Source: Vicinamibacteria bacterium (GTDB taxonomy: Bacteria; Acidobacteriota; Vicinamibacteria; Marinacidobacterales; Marinacidobacteraceae). Taken from it: a stretch of DNA of 64,000 bases. Numbering within the stretch: the first letter of the stretch is position 1; each line of letters begins with the position of its first letter. Under the pieces are notes generated by a model. The model worked only from the letters and a program-made list of their open reading frames with translations. It had not been told where the DNA came from and did not search any database. The translations under genes and the position numbers were made by a program. The stretch is taken from NCBI GenBank assembly GCA_963422395.1, contig OY729431.1, forward strand, positions 288,001-352,000. Direction: 5' to 3'. This document shows positions 1 through 14,691 of the stretch, one piece after another.

Positions 1-1011
1 AATCGCCTTTCGGCGCTCGAATTCGGTGAAAAGCCGCTCCGCCGCCTCCTGTTCTCCATCGCGCGCGAGGAGACGCGCGAGCGCGATGCGCGCTTCGTTC
101 AGCGCCGGATTCTCGTCGAGCGCCCGCCCGAGTGCCTCCCGGGCTGCTGCTCGCCTCCCTTCGCTCCGATACGCCCTTCCGAGCGCGAGCCATGCCTCGG
201 CGTTGTCCGGCGCCGCCCGGACGACCGCTTCCAGGATCGGCAGCGCCTCCCCGGCCCCCCCCTGCCGGACGAGGATCCGCGCCAGCCGAAACGCCGCCGG
301 CCCCGCGGAACCGTTCGCCTCCATCAGTCTGCGGAGGCTGTCCAGCGCTTCGCTGCCCCGTCCCGTGCTGTCGAGCAATTCTGCGCGGAGCAGGAGCGCC
401 GTCGGATTCTCCGGCTCTTCCCGCAGCAGCGCTTCGGTCAGAGCGAACGCCTCCTCCGTCCGCCGGGTTCGGGCGAGGACGACCGCTCTCCCGTGCCTCG
501 CTCCCGGATGTTCGGGGTGGCGGCCGAAGCGGGCCAGGGCGAGTTCGTTCGACCGCAGTTCAGCCAGCATCCTTCCTGCTTCGAGGTCGGCGTTCTCCGC
601 GGAGTGCGGATTCGCTGCCGCCGCCCGGTCGAAGGCCTCGAGGGCATCGAGCGGGCGGAACGCCCGCCGGAGCAGTACCCCCGCGGCGACCCAGCCGTCA
701 CTGCCCAGGCCGTCCGCAGCGGAAACGACTGCCTCCACGAGGTCCGAACGGGGCGCCGCCCTGCGCGCCAGCTGCCATAAACCCGTTCGCCCGCCCGACG
801 ATTCCGGGTCCGCTGCGAACGCCGCGACGAGCGCTTCCACCGCACGGGCGGCGTCTTGTTCTTCCGCGAAGAGCCGCTGCGCCTCGACGGCGGGAGGTGC
901 GGATGCGAGTCCCCCGGCGAGCAATACGGGCACCGCTGCCAGGCGCCTACGGTTCGTTGGACTCTGGTTTCGGATCCTCGGAATTTCAGATCGCGGCATC
1001 CGTTGTCTCAT
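1..1011 (-). CDS. Tetratricopeptide-repeat protein with N-terminal signal-like segment (3' end runs off the window)
   Basis: Manual translation from ATG at 1011 (or 999): MRQRMPRS...RRRLAAVPVLLAGGLASA...ALLREEPENPTALLLRAELL...VRAAPDNAEAWLALGRAYRSEGR...ALDENPALNEARIALARLL, which are repeated TPR helices. Absent from the ORF track because there is no stop in the window. Confidence 0.75.
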   Translation of the reverse strand, partial: MRQRMPRSEIPRIRNQSPTNRRRLAAVPVLLAGGLASAPPAVEAQRLFAEEQDAARAVEALVAAFAADPESSGGRTGLWQLARRAAPRSDLVEAVVSAADGLGSDGWVAAGVLLRRAFRPLDALEAFDRAAAANPHSAENADLEAGRMLAELRSNELALARFGRHPEHPGARHGRAVVLARTRRTEEAFALTEALLREEPENPTALLLRAELLDSTGRGSEALDSLRRLMEANGSAGPAAFRLARILVRQGGAGEALPILEAVVRAAPDNAEAWLALGRAYRSEGRRAAAREALGRALDENPALNEARIALARLLARDGEQEAAERLFTEFERRKAI

Positions 1012-1247
1012 CGCGGAATTTTCCCCAACTCGTTGGAAAAATAATGGGATTGCGATCGGTTGGGCACACTCCGATCGTCGGTGTCGGCGGGGAATGATGC
1101 TTGCGTGATACCGTTCCCTGCCTTGATTTTCGACCCTGTTACGGCTTCATCGTGCCCATCAGCCGCGTCCTCACGGGGCGTTGGCCATGCTGGCTCGATC
1201 CCGGATTCGGTTCTTTCTTCGAAACTTGCCTCGTGAGGAGGTTCTCC

Positions 1248-4127
1248 ATGCGCAAGACTGCTTTTCCGGCCGTATTCCCGGCCGTATTCCTGGCCGTGCT
1301 CGCACTGCTTGCGACTCCGGCATTCGCCCAGCAGACCGGGACGGTCACGGGGACGGCGACGGATGAGCAGGGTGCGGTATTGCCTGGGGTGTCGGTGACG
1401 GTGGACAGCGAGGCGTTGATCGCGCCGCGGAGCACGACGACGGGGTCGGGAGGTTCGTACAGCCATCCGGCGCTTCCGCCGGGTGAGTATCGGGTTACTT
1501 TTGCGTTGTCGGGATTCCAGACGGTGGTTCAGGAAGGGGTCCGGGTGAGCGTGGCGCGGACGCTGGAGGTGAACGCGTCGATGGGGATTTCGGGTGTCGA
1601 AGAGACGGTGACGGTGACGGGGGACGCCCCGGTGGTGGATGTGCGGAGCGCGACGATCCAGACGAACATCGAGCAGGAGTTGCTGGAGGCGGTACCGACG
1701 GGGCGGAACCCGTGGGTGATGGCGGGGCTGGTTCCGGGGATGGTGACGACCCGGATCGATGTAGGGGGGAGCAACGGGATGCAGCAGTACGGCATGGAGA
1801 TTTTCGGTTCTTCGGCGACGATGCAGAGTTTTCAGGTGGACGGTCTGAAGGTGAACTGGCCTGGTGGGACGGGCGGCTGGACGATGCAGTACTACGGATT
1901 TTCGATGTATGAGGAGTTCAACTTCCAGACCTCGACGCACACTGCGGAGTCGGACACCGGCGGGGTTTTGATGAACATGGTGGTGAAGTCTGGGGGGAAC
2001 GAGTTCAGCGGCGACGCGATCGGGCTGTACAACGCGACGGATCTCCAGGGGGAACCGGCGGAGGCGGGGGGTGCGCCGATCACGCGATCGTTGGACCTGA
2101 ACGGGACCCTCGGGGGCCCGATCGTGCGGGACCGGGCGTGGTTTTTCACTGCCTATCGGCACTGGGTGCACGATCAGGAGGTGACGGTGCCGGCGGACTA
2201 TGTGGGAGCGACGCCGGTGGACGACAATCGGATACGGAATCTTTCGGGGAAGTTGACTTGGCAGGCGAGTGACAACGATCGCCTTTTCGTGACGCTGCAG
2301 CGGAACTGGAAGCAGCGTTTTCACCGGCGGGACAGCCCGTACACGGCGGTTCCGGACGATCTCGCCCGGTTCCAGGACCAGTGGGCCGACAACGCCATCC
2401 TGTCCTACAACCGGGTGCTGGGCGATGCGGCGCTGCTGGATCTCCGCTTCGGGAGGATGTGGGGAACCACTCCGTACATTCTGTATTCCGAGTATTGCGG
2501 GGTTCCGGTGGACGAGTATCCGGACGCCCGCCCCTGTACCGAGAACGACATATCGGTCATCGACCCGGTGCGTGCGGAGCAGTTCAACGCGGATCGGCGT
2601 GGGGAGTATTGGAACCCGAACTACCGCAACCAGTTCAACGGCTCGCTGACCTACTACCTGGACACGGCATCAGGCTCGCACAACTTCAAGGTCGGGGCTC
2701 AGGCGTCGCGAGAGGGGATGGACACCCGGACCTTCAAGAGCGGTGATGCGTATGGCGAGCTGAGCGACGGCGAGCCGAGCCGGATCAACATTTCCAGGAC
2801 TCCGAACTTCAAGATGGAGAGGTTGAACACCTGGGGGGCGTTCATCCAGGATGCCTGGACGATCGGGGACCGGCTGACGCTGAACCTCGGGGTGCGGCTC
2901 GACGGGATCTATGGTTATGTTCCGGAGCAGAGCAGTCCGGCGGGGACTTGGACTGCGCTTTCGGACCAGCTCGCCGGGGACATTTTTTCGGTGAACAGCG
3001 AGATCACGGGGTTGCCGGACTGGCCGCTGAACATCGGCCCGCGGCTGAGCTTCGCCTACGACCTTTTCGGCGACGGCCGCGCGGCGCTGAAGGGTGGCTG
3101 GGGCCGTTACTACACGCAGATGGGGAGCGCGCTGCCAGCGAGCGCGAACCCGAACGGGGGGTCTTCCGCCTGGGTGGGTTGGAACGATCTGGACGGGGAC
3201 AAGCTGGTGGACATCGGGCCGTCGGGGACCCTGGCGGACAGCCCCGAGGTGGACCTGAGCAAGTTCGAGGGATTCACCGGGGGGGCGACCACGGTGTACG
3301 ACCGTGACGCGAACCGGCCGTACAGCGACGACATATCGCTGGGAGTGGACATGACGATGGGGTCGGATGTGTCGATCAGCGCGACGTACCATCGGCGCCA
3401 ACACCGGGATTCGCTGGGGGTTCTGAACCGGGCTCGCCCGCCGTCCGGCTACGAGCAGAGCAGTTTTTCCTGTTCCAACTGTCCGGAATCTTCCTATACG
3501 GTCTATGAGCTGAAGGATGAGTATCGCGGTCTCCAGGACAATGTGATCACGAGCATCGACAAGCTGCAGAGCAACTACAACGGGGTTGCGGTGCAGATCC
3601 AGAAGCGTTTTTCGAACCGCTGGCAGCTGCTGGGGGGGGCGACCTTTTCGAGCCACCGTGGGGTACCGCACGCGTTGCCCTGGGACAACACCGACTGGAA
3701 CAACCCGAACCGTGAGATCAACCGGCTTGACGGTGCGGTGCTGACGGATGTGCCGTGGGTATTCAATGTAGCGGGGAGCTACCTGGCCCCGTACGACATC
3801 CAGGTCGGCTGGAACTATCGAGCGAGGGCGGGGAACCCGCTGGTATCGACGGCGCGGGCGACGGGTCTGGTTCAGGGTTCGGAGTCGATCTACGCCTACG
3901 AGCGGGGCGACGAACGGACCGAGACGATCACGGATTTGCTGGACATCAACCTCCGCAAGGGTTTCGATCTCGAGGGTGTGCGGGTCGAGTTCGGCGCGGA
4001 CATGGCGAACATCTTCAACTCGCAGAAGGCGGACGCCTTGATCACCGGCTTCGGCTCGCGCTACCTGCAGCCGTCCCGCGTGCTGCCCCCGCGAATCTTC
4101 CGCTTCACCGCGAAACTGCTCTTCTGA
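1248..4127 (+). CDS. TonB-dependent receptor (Oar-like) with N-terminal carboxypeptidase regulatory-like domain
   Basis: GAGGAGG RBS before ATG 1248; signal peptide (..ATPAFA/QQ); GTVTGTATDEQGAVLPGVSVTV, LPPGEYRVTFALSGF, KSGGNEFSG, FIQDAWTIGDRLTLNLGVRLD; C-terminal Phe. Confidence 0.9.
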   Translation: MRKTAFPAVFPAVFLAVLALLATPAFAQQTGTVTGTATDEQGAVLPGVSVTVDSEALIAPRSTTTGSGGSYSHPALPPGEYRVTFALSGFQTVVQEGVRVSVARTLEVNASMGISGVEETVTVTGDAPVVDVRSATIQTNIEQELLEAVPTGRNPWVMAGLVPGMVTTRIDVGGSNGMQQYGMEIFGSSATMQSFQVDGLKVNWPGGTGGWTMQYYGFSMYEEFNFQTSTHTAESDTGGVLMNMVVKSGGNEFSGDAIGLYNATDLQGEPAEAGGAPITRSLDLNGTLGGPIVRDRAWFFTAYRHWVHDQEVTVPADYVGATPVDDNRIRNLSGKLTWQASDNDRLFVTLQRNWKQRFHRRDSPYTAVPDDLARFQDQWADNAILSYNRVLGDAALLDLRFGRMWGTTPYILYSEYCGVPVDEYPDARPCTENDISVIDPVRAEQFNADRRGEYWNPNYRNQFNGSLTYYLDTASGSHNFKVGAQASREGMDTRTFKSGDAYGELSDGEPSRINISRTPNFKMERLNTWGAFIQDAWTIGDRLTLNLGVRLDGIYGYVPEQSSPAGTWTALSDQLAGDIFSVNSEITGLPDWPLNIGPRLSFAYDLFGDGRAALKGGWGRYYTQMGSALPASANPNGGSSAWVGWNDLDGDKLVDIGPSGTLADSPEVDLSKFEGFTGGATTVYDRDANRPYSDDISLGVDMTMGSDVSISATYHRRQHRDSLGVLNRARPPSGYEQSSFSCSNCPESSYTVYELKDEYRGLQDNVITSIDKLQSNYNGVAVQIQKRFSNRWQLLGGATFSSHRGVPHALPWDNTDWNNPNREINRLDGAVLTDVPWVFNVAGSYLAPYDIQVGWNYRARAGNPLVSTARATGLVQGSESIYAYERGDERTETITDLLDINLRKGFDLEGVRVEFGADMANIFNSQKADALITGFGSRYLQPSRVLPPRIFRFTAKLLF
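1263..1298 (+). repeat. 12-bp tandem repeat (x3, degenerate) in signal peptide, FPAV-FPAV-FLAV
   Basis: tttccggccgta ttcccggccgta ttcctggccgtg. Confidence 0.7.
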
Positions 4128-4143
4128 GCTGATTCGATCTTTT

Positions 4144-4222
4144 CCCCATCGGCGGACGCGGCCGTATCCTTCGATGGGGTTTCGAGAACGGGGCGGTGTT
4201 GCGGCGTTCTCTCGGCACCGCC
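4144..4222. terminator. Stem-loops between convergent genes (probable terminator/stability element)
   Basis: CCCCATCG(4144-4151)/CGATGGGG(4172-4179) followed by TTT; second hairpin GGCGGTGTTG(4192-4201)/CGGCACCGCC(4213-4222). Confidence 0.45.
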
Positions 4223-4342
4223 GGGTGACTTCGGAACCGAGTTGCTAACAGCAGTTCGGCGCGCAAACAGTGGGCTCCACTGGAGCGCCTCTCGAGGTTC
4301 GTTGCCGACGGGGCCAGCACGACGGCAAAGGGGAGCCGTCAG

Positions 4343-5794
4343 TCAGCGTGGCGGCCGTGATGGGGTTCCGGCCATCGGAGGAGTGTGCTGCAGCGCACCC
4401 TCTTCCCGCATGAAGGCTTCGATCTCTTCTACCGTGCGGGGCATGAAGTCGGTGAAGTTCTCCACGCCGTTCTCGGTGATCACCACTACATCCTCCATCC
4501 GCACATAGAGCCGCTCCTCATGGACCCAGAGCATGGGGTCCACGCTGAACACGAGGCCGCTCTCGAAGGGGCGGCTGCGGTAGCTGCCCACATCGTGCAC
4601 CGCCAATCCCACCGGGTGCGACAGGTGCCCGCGGAAGGAGAGCGCTTCCTCGGCTGCCTGTTCGTGGAGGGAATTCGTGAAGCCGAGTTCGGCGATCACC
4701 GGTGCCATTTCCTCTGCCGCGCCGTCCATGACCTGATCGGGGGTCACGCCGGGGCCGAGGCGTGAAAGAAGCGCTCCGTGATAGCGGACGATGAAGGTGT
4801 ACAGCTTCTTCTGGTCGGGGTCGAAGACCCCGTTCACCGGCCACATCCGCGCGACATCGCTCGTGTAGTAGCGGTAGTCGGGAGCATGATCCATGAGGAT
4901 CAGTTGCCCGTCCTTCAGTGCGGCGTCGTTGCGGTAGTAATGGCCGAAATAGGCATTCGTGCCCGTGGCGGTGATCGAGCGGTACCCCTCACCCTGGGAG
5001 CCGTTGATCCGGTAGATGTAGTACGCGGCGGCGTCGAGCTGGTACTCGAAGAGCCCCGGCTTCGTGGACCGCATCGCCTCCATGATGCCCATGCCCGCGA
5101 GTTCGCTGGCCCGGCGGACGAGTTCGATCTCCCGCGGCGACTTGTGGAGCCGCATGGTGTCCACGATGGGCGTGAGGTCGGCGATCGGAAACTGCGGGTA
5201 ACGCTCGCGGAGCTTGCCGACGAAGGCGCCCTCGCGCGAGGCGCGGCCGTCCCACGGGTCGGAGACTTGCGAGGCGTGGCCGATCAGATTTTCGTCGCGG
5301 CTCTGTGCCCGGCCTTCGGCAGGGCTCAGGAAGGTGTAGAGAGTGGGCGAGGGAGGCCGGAGCGCAAATCCGTAGAGCTGGCGGGCCAGCTGATCGATCG
5401 CGAAGACCGCATCCGCTCCGGTGGCCCGTATCGCCTCTTCGGCGTCCTCGGCGGAGAGCATCCGGCCCTCGCTGCGCTCCTTTCGCGGGTCGCGCCGGGG
5501 CAGGAAGAGGAGCGAGCGCCGCGCTCTTCCGTCCAGAAGGAGGTACGAGTGCGGCACTTCGATCCCGGTCAGATAGTAGAACTCGTTGGTCTGTCGGAAG
5601 ACATGGAAACCGGGCGCCGCCGGCGCGCCCTGCACGATCGCGATCGCGTCCCCGCCGATAGCGTCCATGACGCGCGCCCGGCGCTCGACGAACTCCTCGG
5701 CAGGAAAGTCGTTCTGGATCTTCGGATGATCCTGGGCGCCGGCGACGCCCGTGATCAGGGCGATCGCGGCTGTGGTGGAAAGGAAGCAACGCAT
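4343..5794 (-). CDS. Xaa-Pro aminopeptidase family (M24), exported
   Basis: GGAGAG RBS before ATG 5794; signal peptide; FRQTNEFYYLTG, MRLHKSPREIE, MDHAPDYRYYTSDVAR, HLSHPVGLAVHDVG, VRMEDVVVITENG. Confidence 0.88.
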   Translation of the reverse strand: MRCFLSTTAAIALITGVAGAQDHPKIQNDFPAEEFVERRARVMDAIGGDAIAIVQGAPAAPGFHVFRQTNEFYYLTGIEVPHSYLLLDGRARRSLLFLPRRDPRKERSEGRMLSAEDAEEAIRATGADAVFAIDQLARQLYGFALRPPSPTLYTFLSPAEGRAQSRDENLIGHASQVSDPWDGRASREGAFVGKLRERYPQFPIADLTPIVDTMRLHKSPREIELVRRASELAGMGIMEAMRSTKPGLFEYQLDAAAYYIYRINGSQGEGYRSITATGTNAYFGHYYRNDAALKDGQLILMDHAPDYRYYTSDVARMWPVNGVFDPDQKKLYTFIVRYHGALLSRLGPGVTPDQVMDGAAEEMAPVIAELGFTNSLHEQAAEEALSFRGHLSHPVGLAVHDVGSYRSRPFESGLVFSVDPMLWVHEERLYVRMEDVVVITENGVENFTDFMPRTVEEIEAFMREEGALQHTPPMAGTPSRPPR

Positions 5795-6098
5795 GGGGGG
5801 ACTCTCCGTGGATGAGAGTCGAATACTAGTACCTCCCGGCGGGCTGGCTGTTCCCGTGATCCTGAGCGGAGTTTTCAGGACGGACGCGTACTCCACGGTG
5901 TCCGCTCCATCGATCCACTCCGCGAAGAAAACGAAGGCGGCGTCGTTGTCGGACTCGTTAGCTGACCTAAGTGCCGGTCCGGCGAACCGGCTGGCAGATC
6001 GTCTGGCGGATCGAGTTCTGACCGTCCGGGCCGATTTCGTGCCGCCGGCGGCTTCGCGGGGAGTGAAAGGCGGCTGGGGGCGGCGATAATCCGCCTCC

Positions 6099-7163
6099 GT
6101 GTCCACGAAGCACCCTCCGGGAGGCGCCGCGAGGCTCGACTACCGCACTGCCGGAGTGGATATCGCCGAAGCCGACCGGGTGCTCGACCGCATCCGACCT
6201 CTCGTCCGCAGTACCCATCGACCCGAAGTCCTGAGCGAGGTCGGCCATTTCGGCGGATTGTTCCGGCTGGATACCGGCGAATTCCGGCGACCGGTGCTCG
6301 TGGCTTCGACCGACGGAGTGGGAACCAAGCTGCGGGTGGCGAGGGAGGCCGGTCGTCACCAGGTGCCCGGGTACGATCTCGTTTCCCACTGCATCAACGA
6401 CATCCTCGTCCAGGGTGCGGAGCCGCTCTTCTTTCTGGATTACCTGGCGATGGGGCGTCTCGATGCCGCGGTGGCGGAGGGAGTCGTTCGCGGCATCGCC
6501 GAAGCCTGTCGGGAGTTCGGAGTGGCGCTCCTCGGTGGAGAGACGGCGGAGATGCCAGGCTTCTACCCGGGGGGCGACTACGACCTCGCCGGGACCATCG
6601 TCGGCGTCGTCGAGGAACATCTCGTCGTGGACGGGAGCCGGGTGGCTTCGGGCGATGTGCTGATCGGCCTGCCGTCTTCGGGGCTCCACACGAACGGGTA
6701 CTCGCTGGCGCGCGCCATCCTGTTCGACCGTCTGGGCCTGGACATCGGGGATCTGCTGCCCGAGCTCGGCGTTCGAGCTGCCGATGCGTTGCTTGCCCCG
6801 CACCGCTGCTATCTGCCGTCGCTGCGTCCGTTGTTGCGGGAGGGGCGGTTACACGCACTGGCCCACATCACCGGCGGTGGTATCACCGGCAATCTGCCGC
6901 GGGTTTTGCCGTCCGGTGTTACGGCCGAAGTAGAGCTCTCCTCATGGAGGCTTCCGCCGCTCTTCCGCCTTCTCGCCGACGCCGGTCGGATCGCCGAACC
7001 GGAGATGCTGCGGGTCTTCAATTGCGGTGTGGGCATCGTGGCGGCGGTGGCGCCAGCCGATGAGCGTGCGGTTCTGGACTGCCTCTCCGACGGCTTCCGC
7101 CTCGGCGAGGTGTGCACCGCTTCCGGTCCGCCTTCGGTTCGCTATCGGGGCCGCCTGGAATGA
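6099..7163 (+). CDS. purM: Phosphoribosylformylglycinamidine cyclo-ligase (AIR synthetase)
   Basis: YRTAGVDI, VASTDGVGTKL, GAEPLFFLDY, GGETAEMPG, SSGLHTNGYSL, HITGGG, VFNCGVG. Confidence 0.97.
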   Translation: MSTKHPPGGAARLDYRTAGVDIAEADRVLDRIRPLVRSTHRPEVLSEVGHFGGLFRLDTGEFRRPVLVASTDGVGTKLRVAREAGRHQVPGYDLVSHCINDILVQGAEPLFFLDYLAMGRLDAAVAEGVVRGIAEACREFGVALLGGETAEMPGFYPGGDYDLAGTIVGVVEEHLVVDGSRVASGDVLIGLPSSGLHTNGYSLARAILFDRLGLDIGDLLPELGVRAADALLAPHRCYLPSLRPLLREGRLHALAHITGGGITGNLPRVLPSGVTAEVELSSWRLPPLFRLLADAGRIAEPEMLRVFNCGVGIVAAVAPADERAVLDCLSDGFRLGEVCTASGPPSVRYRGRLE

Positions 7164-7900
7164 CCTCCGCGTCGGTGCGGACGCTCCCGGCTCCCGGGCG
7201 CCGCCTCGGAGTGCTGATCTCTGGCCGCGGTTCCAACCTGCAGGCGATCCTCGATGCGATCGCCGCCGGCTCTCTCGACGCTGGTGTGGCCCTCGTGCTC
7301 AGCAATCGGCGAAAGGCGCCGGGCCTCGTCCTCGCCGAAAGAGCGGGGATTCCCACTGCGGTGCTCTCGCACCGAGCCTTCCCGGACCGCGAGTCGTACG
7401 ACCGCGCGATCCTCGAGCAGTTACGCGAGCATCGAGTACAGGTGGTATGTCTGGCGGGCTTCCTGCGGATCCTCTCCCCGGTCCTGATCCGCGCCTTCTC
7501 GAACCGAATCCTGAACATCCACCCCTCACTGCTCCCCGCTTTCCGCGGCCTCCATGCTCAGACTCAGGCATTAGAACATGGAGTCCGCGTGTCCGGCGCC
7601 ACGGTGCACCTGGTGGACGAGCATCTCGATCACGGTCCGATCTTGCTTCAGGAAGTGGCCCCGGTCCGTGATGAGGACACTCCGGAAACGCTCGCGGAAC
7701 GCATTCTCGCTCTCGAACATCGCCTCTACCCCCGGGCTATCGGGCTTCTGCTCGACGGCGGGCTGCGGCTCGAAGGCCGCCGGCTGCTGCTGCCGTTGAA
7801 AACCCGGAGCGCCGCCGGCGAGGAGCCGTCGGTCGTCGCCCGCGCCGTGCAGCCGGGTAGAAGCCATTGGGACCTGGCAAGCCCGGGACCGCCCCCATGA
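7160..7900 (+). CDS. purN: Phosphoribosylglycinamide formyltransferase
   Basis: ATGA overlap with purM stop; VLISGRGSNLQA, LAGFLRIL, LNIHPSLLPAF, SGATVHLVDEHLDHGPI. Confidence 0.96.
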   Translation: MTSASVRTLPAPGRRLGVLISGRGSNLQAILDAIAAGSLDAGVALVLSNRRKAPGLVLAERAGIPTAVLSHRAFPDRESYDRAILEQLREHRVQVVCLAGFLRILSPVLIRAFSNRILNIHPSLLPAFRGLHAQTQALEHGVRVSGATVHLVDEHLDHGPILLQEVAPVRDEDTPETLAERILALEHRLYPRAIGLLLDGGLRLEGRRLLLPLKTRSAAGEEPSVVARAVQPGRSHWDLASPGPPP

Positions 7901-9126
7901 GCATCGAAGCGGCTGCTGCCGAGCAGATCGCTCTCCTCGAGAAGGGGGCAGAGCGCATCGAGCCGCGGGACGGATTGCGCGAAATGGTCGTCCGGTCGAT
8001 CCGTTCGGGCGAGCCGCTCCGGGTGAAAGTGGGCTTCGACCCGTCGGCCCCCGACCTCCATCTCGGGCACACCGTGGTCCTGCGAAAGATGAAGCACTTT
8101 CAGGATTTCGGACACGAGGTCTGGTTCGTGATCGGCGACTTCACCGGCATGATCGGCGATCCGAGCGGGCGTTCGAAAACCCGCCCCCAGCTCACTCCGA
8201 AGCAGATCGAAGCGAACGCCGAGACCTACCGGGAACAGGTCTTCAAGATCCTCGATCCCCACCAGACGGTGGTGGCCTTCAACAGTTCGTGGCTCTCGAA
8301 GCTCGGCAGCGATGGCTTGATCCGATTGGCCTCACGCTACACGGTGGCGAGAATGCTCGAGCGGGACGACTTCGACCGGCGGTTTCGCGCCGGACAGCCG
8401 ATCTCGGTCCATGAATTCCTGTACCCGCTCGCCCAAGCGTACGATTCGGTCGCCGTGAAGGCCGATTTCGAACTCGGCGGAACCGACCAACTCTTCAATC
8501 TGCTCGTCGGCCGCCACATCATGCGAGAGTACGGTCTCGCTCCTCAGGTGGTGCTCACCATGCCGCTGCTCGAAGGCTTGAGCGGAATCCAGAAGATGTC
8601 GAAGAGTCTCGACAACGCCGTCGGGGTCACCGATCCTGCGGACGAAATGTTCGGCAAGCTCATGTCCATCAGCGACCCGCTCGCCTTCCGCTATTACGAA
8701 CTCCTCACGGACTGCTCGCCGGCGGAGATCGAAACCCTCCGCAAGCGGGTGGAGGACGGCTCTATCCACCCGCGGGACGCCAAGCAGGATCTCGCGGTGT
8801 CCATCGTCTCCGACTTTCATTCCGCCGCTGCCGCTGCCGCCGCGCGGGACCGCTTCGCGGCCGTCTTTCGGCGGGGTGCGATCCCCGACGAAATCCCTTC
8901 TTTCCCGATGCCTGGGCCGCTCCGGGTGATCGAGTTGCTGAGGGCCACCGAGCTGGCGGCGAGCCGCAGTGAGGGCCGCCGACTGCTGGCACAAGGGGCG
9001 GTCTCGATCGACGGACAACGCGTCTTCGAGGACGGTACCGTCGAGGCGCCTCCGAAGGGCGTGGTGCTGCGGGTCGGGAAACGCCGGTTCGTCCGGATAG
9101 TCCCGGCCTCTCGCTCCCGCTCTTGA
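7897..9126 (+). CDS. tyrS: Tyrosine--tRNA ligase
   Basis: ATGA overlap with purN; GFDPSAPDLHLGH (HIGH), YPLAQAYDS, GGTDQLFN, KMSKS, C-terminal S4 domain. Confidence 0.97.
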   Translation: MSIEAAAAEQIALLEKGAERIEPRDGLREMVVRSIRSGEPLRVKVGFDPSAPDLHLGHTVVLRKMKHFQDFGHEVWFVIGDFTGMIGDPSGRSKTRPQLTPKQIEANAETYREQVFKILDPHQTVVAFNSSWLSKLGSDGLIRLASRYTVARMLERDDFDRRFRAGQPISVHEFLYPLAQAYDSVAVKADFELGGTDQLFNLLVGRHIMREYGLAPQVVLTMPLLEGLSGIQKMSKSLDNAVGVTDPADEMFGKLMSISDPLAFRYYELLTDCSPAEIETLRKRVEDGSIHPRDAKQDLAVSIVSDFHSAAAAAAARDRFAAVFRRGAIPDEIPSFPMPGPLRVIELLRATELAASRSEGRRLLAQGAVSIDGQRVFEDGTVEAPPKGVVLRVGKRRFVRIVPASRSRS

Positions 9127-9169
9127 CGCGGCCGGCCGGCCGCGGTCCTTGCGGTCGGCAGGTTGCAAG

Positions 9170-9198
9170 TTGACCGGGTCGAGCGGTAGGTGTAGACT
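9170..9198 (+). promoter_or_regulatory. sigma70-type rRNA operon promoter
   Basis: TTGACC (9170-9175), 17 bp, TAGACT (9193-9198), about 230 bp upstream of 16S; boxA-like CTTTCAACAA near 9231. Confidence 0.7.
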
Positions 9199-9425
9199 GC
9201 CTTCTTCGCCCCGCGGGGCCTTCCGGTTCACTTTCAACAAGGCAGAGCGAGCTCAGTCGAGCGAGCAAACTCAAATCTATTCGAACATCAGGTCGAACTC
9301 GACGACCGTCGGTGGCGGAGTCCGTTTCGGGCTTCTTTCATGATCTATCCGAGGGGTGCTACCCCTTGGCTCATGCAGCCGGCGTGGAACACTTTTTCGG
9401 AACCTCTTCGGAGGTTTTGAATTTT

Positions 9426-10988
<1,563 letters not shown>

Positions 10989-11185
10989 TAGAATCCCCCA
11001 CCCCGTAACTCACTGGGGTGTTGTTTTTTCGGAAACAGACGATGATGCATCGTTCGGCGAAGCGGAATTTTTCGTAAGTCGGCGAAGCGAACTGGGGTAT
11101 TCAGGTCAATCTCGTATTGATTTGAGCTCGTCTCTGCTGAACCGGGAGTTTTTCGGGAGCACGTCGCGCCTGCCTCGATGCGGCT

Positions 11186-11262
<77 letters not shown>

Positions 11263-11289
11263 CCGACGGCGGCGACAGTCCGGATCTTC

Positions 11290-11362
11290 GGGGAATTAGC
11301 TCAGTCGGGAGAGCGCCTGCCTTGCACGCAGGAGGTCACCGGTTCGAGCCCGGTATTCTCCA
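11290..11362 (+). tRNA. tRNA-Ala(TGC)
   Basis: GGGGAATTAGCTCAG...CCTGCCT-TGC-ACGCAGG...GGTTCGAG...ATTCTCCA; G3:U70 present; CCA not encoded. Confidence 0.96.
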
Positions 11363-11568
11363 CAGTCCGCAGTTCGATTCGTGCGTTGATTCCTTCTCTG
11401 TCCTTTCGACGGGGAGAGGTGTGCCCATCCCGAATCGCATTCGGCCTCCGGATTTCCGGAGGTCTACTGACTATCAACGGAAGCGTCTGGCAATTTTACA
11501 AGGTGCATTTAGCGCCATGTGGCACTGGACCGCGTTCTGCGTTCCTCTTGAGGAACGCATACTGTCGT

Positions 11569-14560
<2,992 letters not shown>

Positions 14561-14691
14561 CACGCAGGGCCGCGTTTCGCGGCTTCTTGCGTAGTTGTTG
14601 TCTGGCCACTGCGCGAATCACCTCGTATGTTCCTGGTATATGGAACATCACGCTGGACGCTTCCCCAATTCATCCACAACGGATCGATTTG

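Noticed and set aside
26-1108. 360-aa + strand ORF (and 132..1097)
   Set aside because: Ser/Arg/Ala-rich antisense shadow of the minus-strand TPR gene
4244-4256. GCTAACAGC resembling the MITE left end
   Set aside because: Only 9 bp match, without the GTGGAYGAAGT core; compatible with chance
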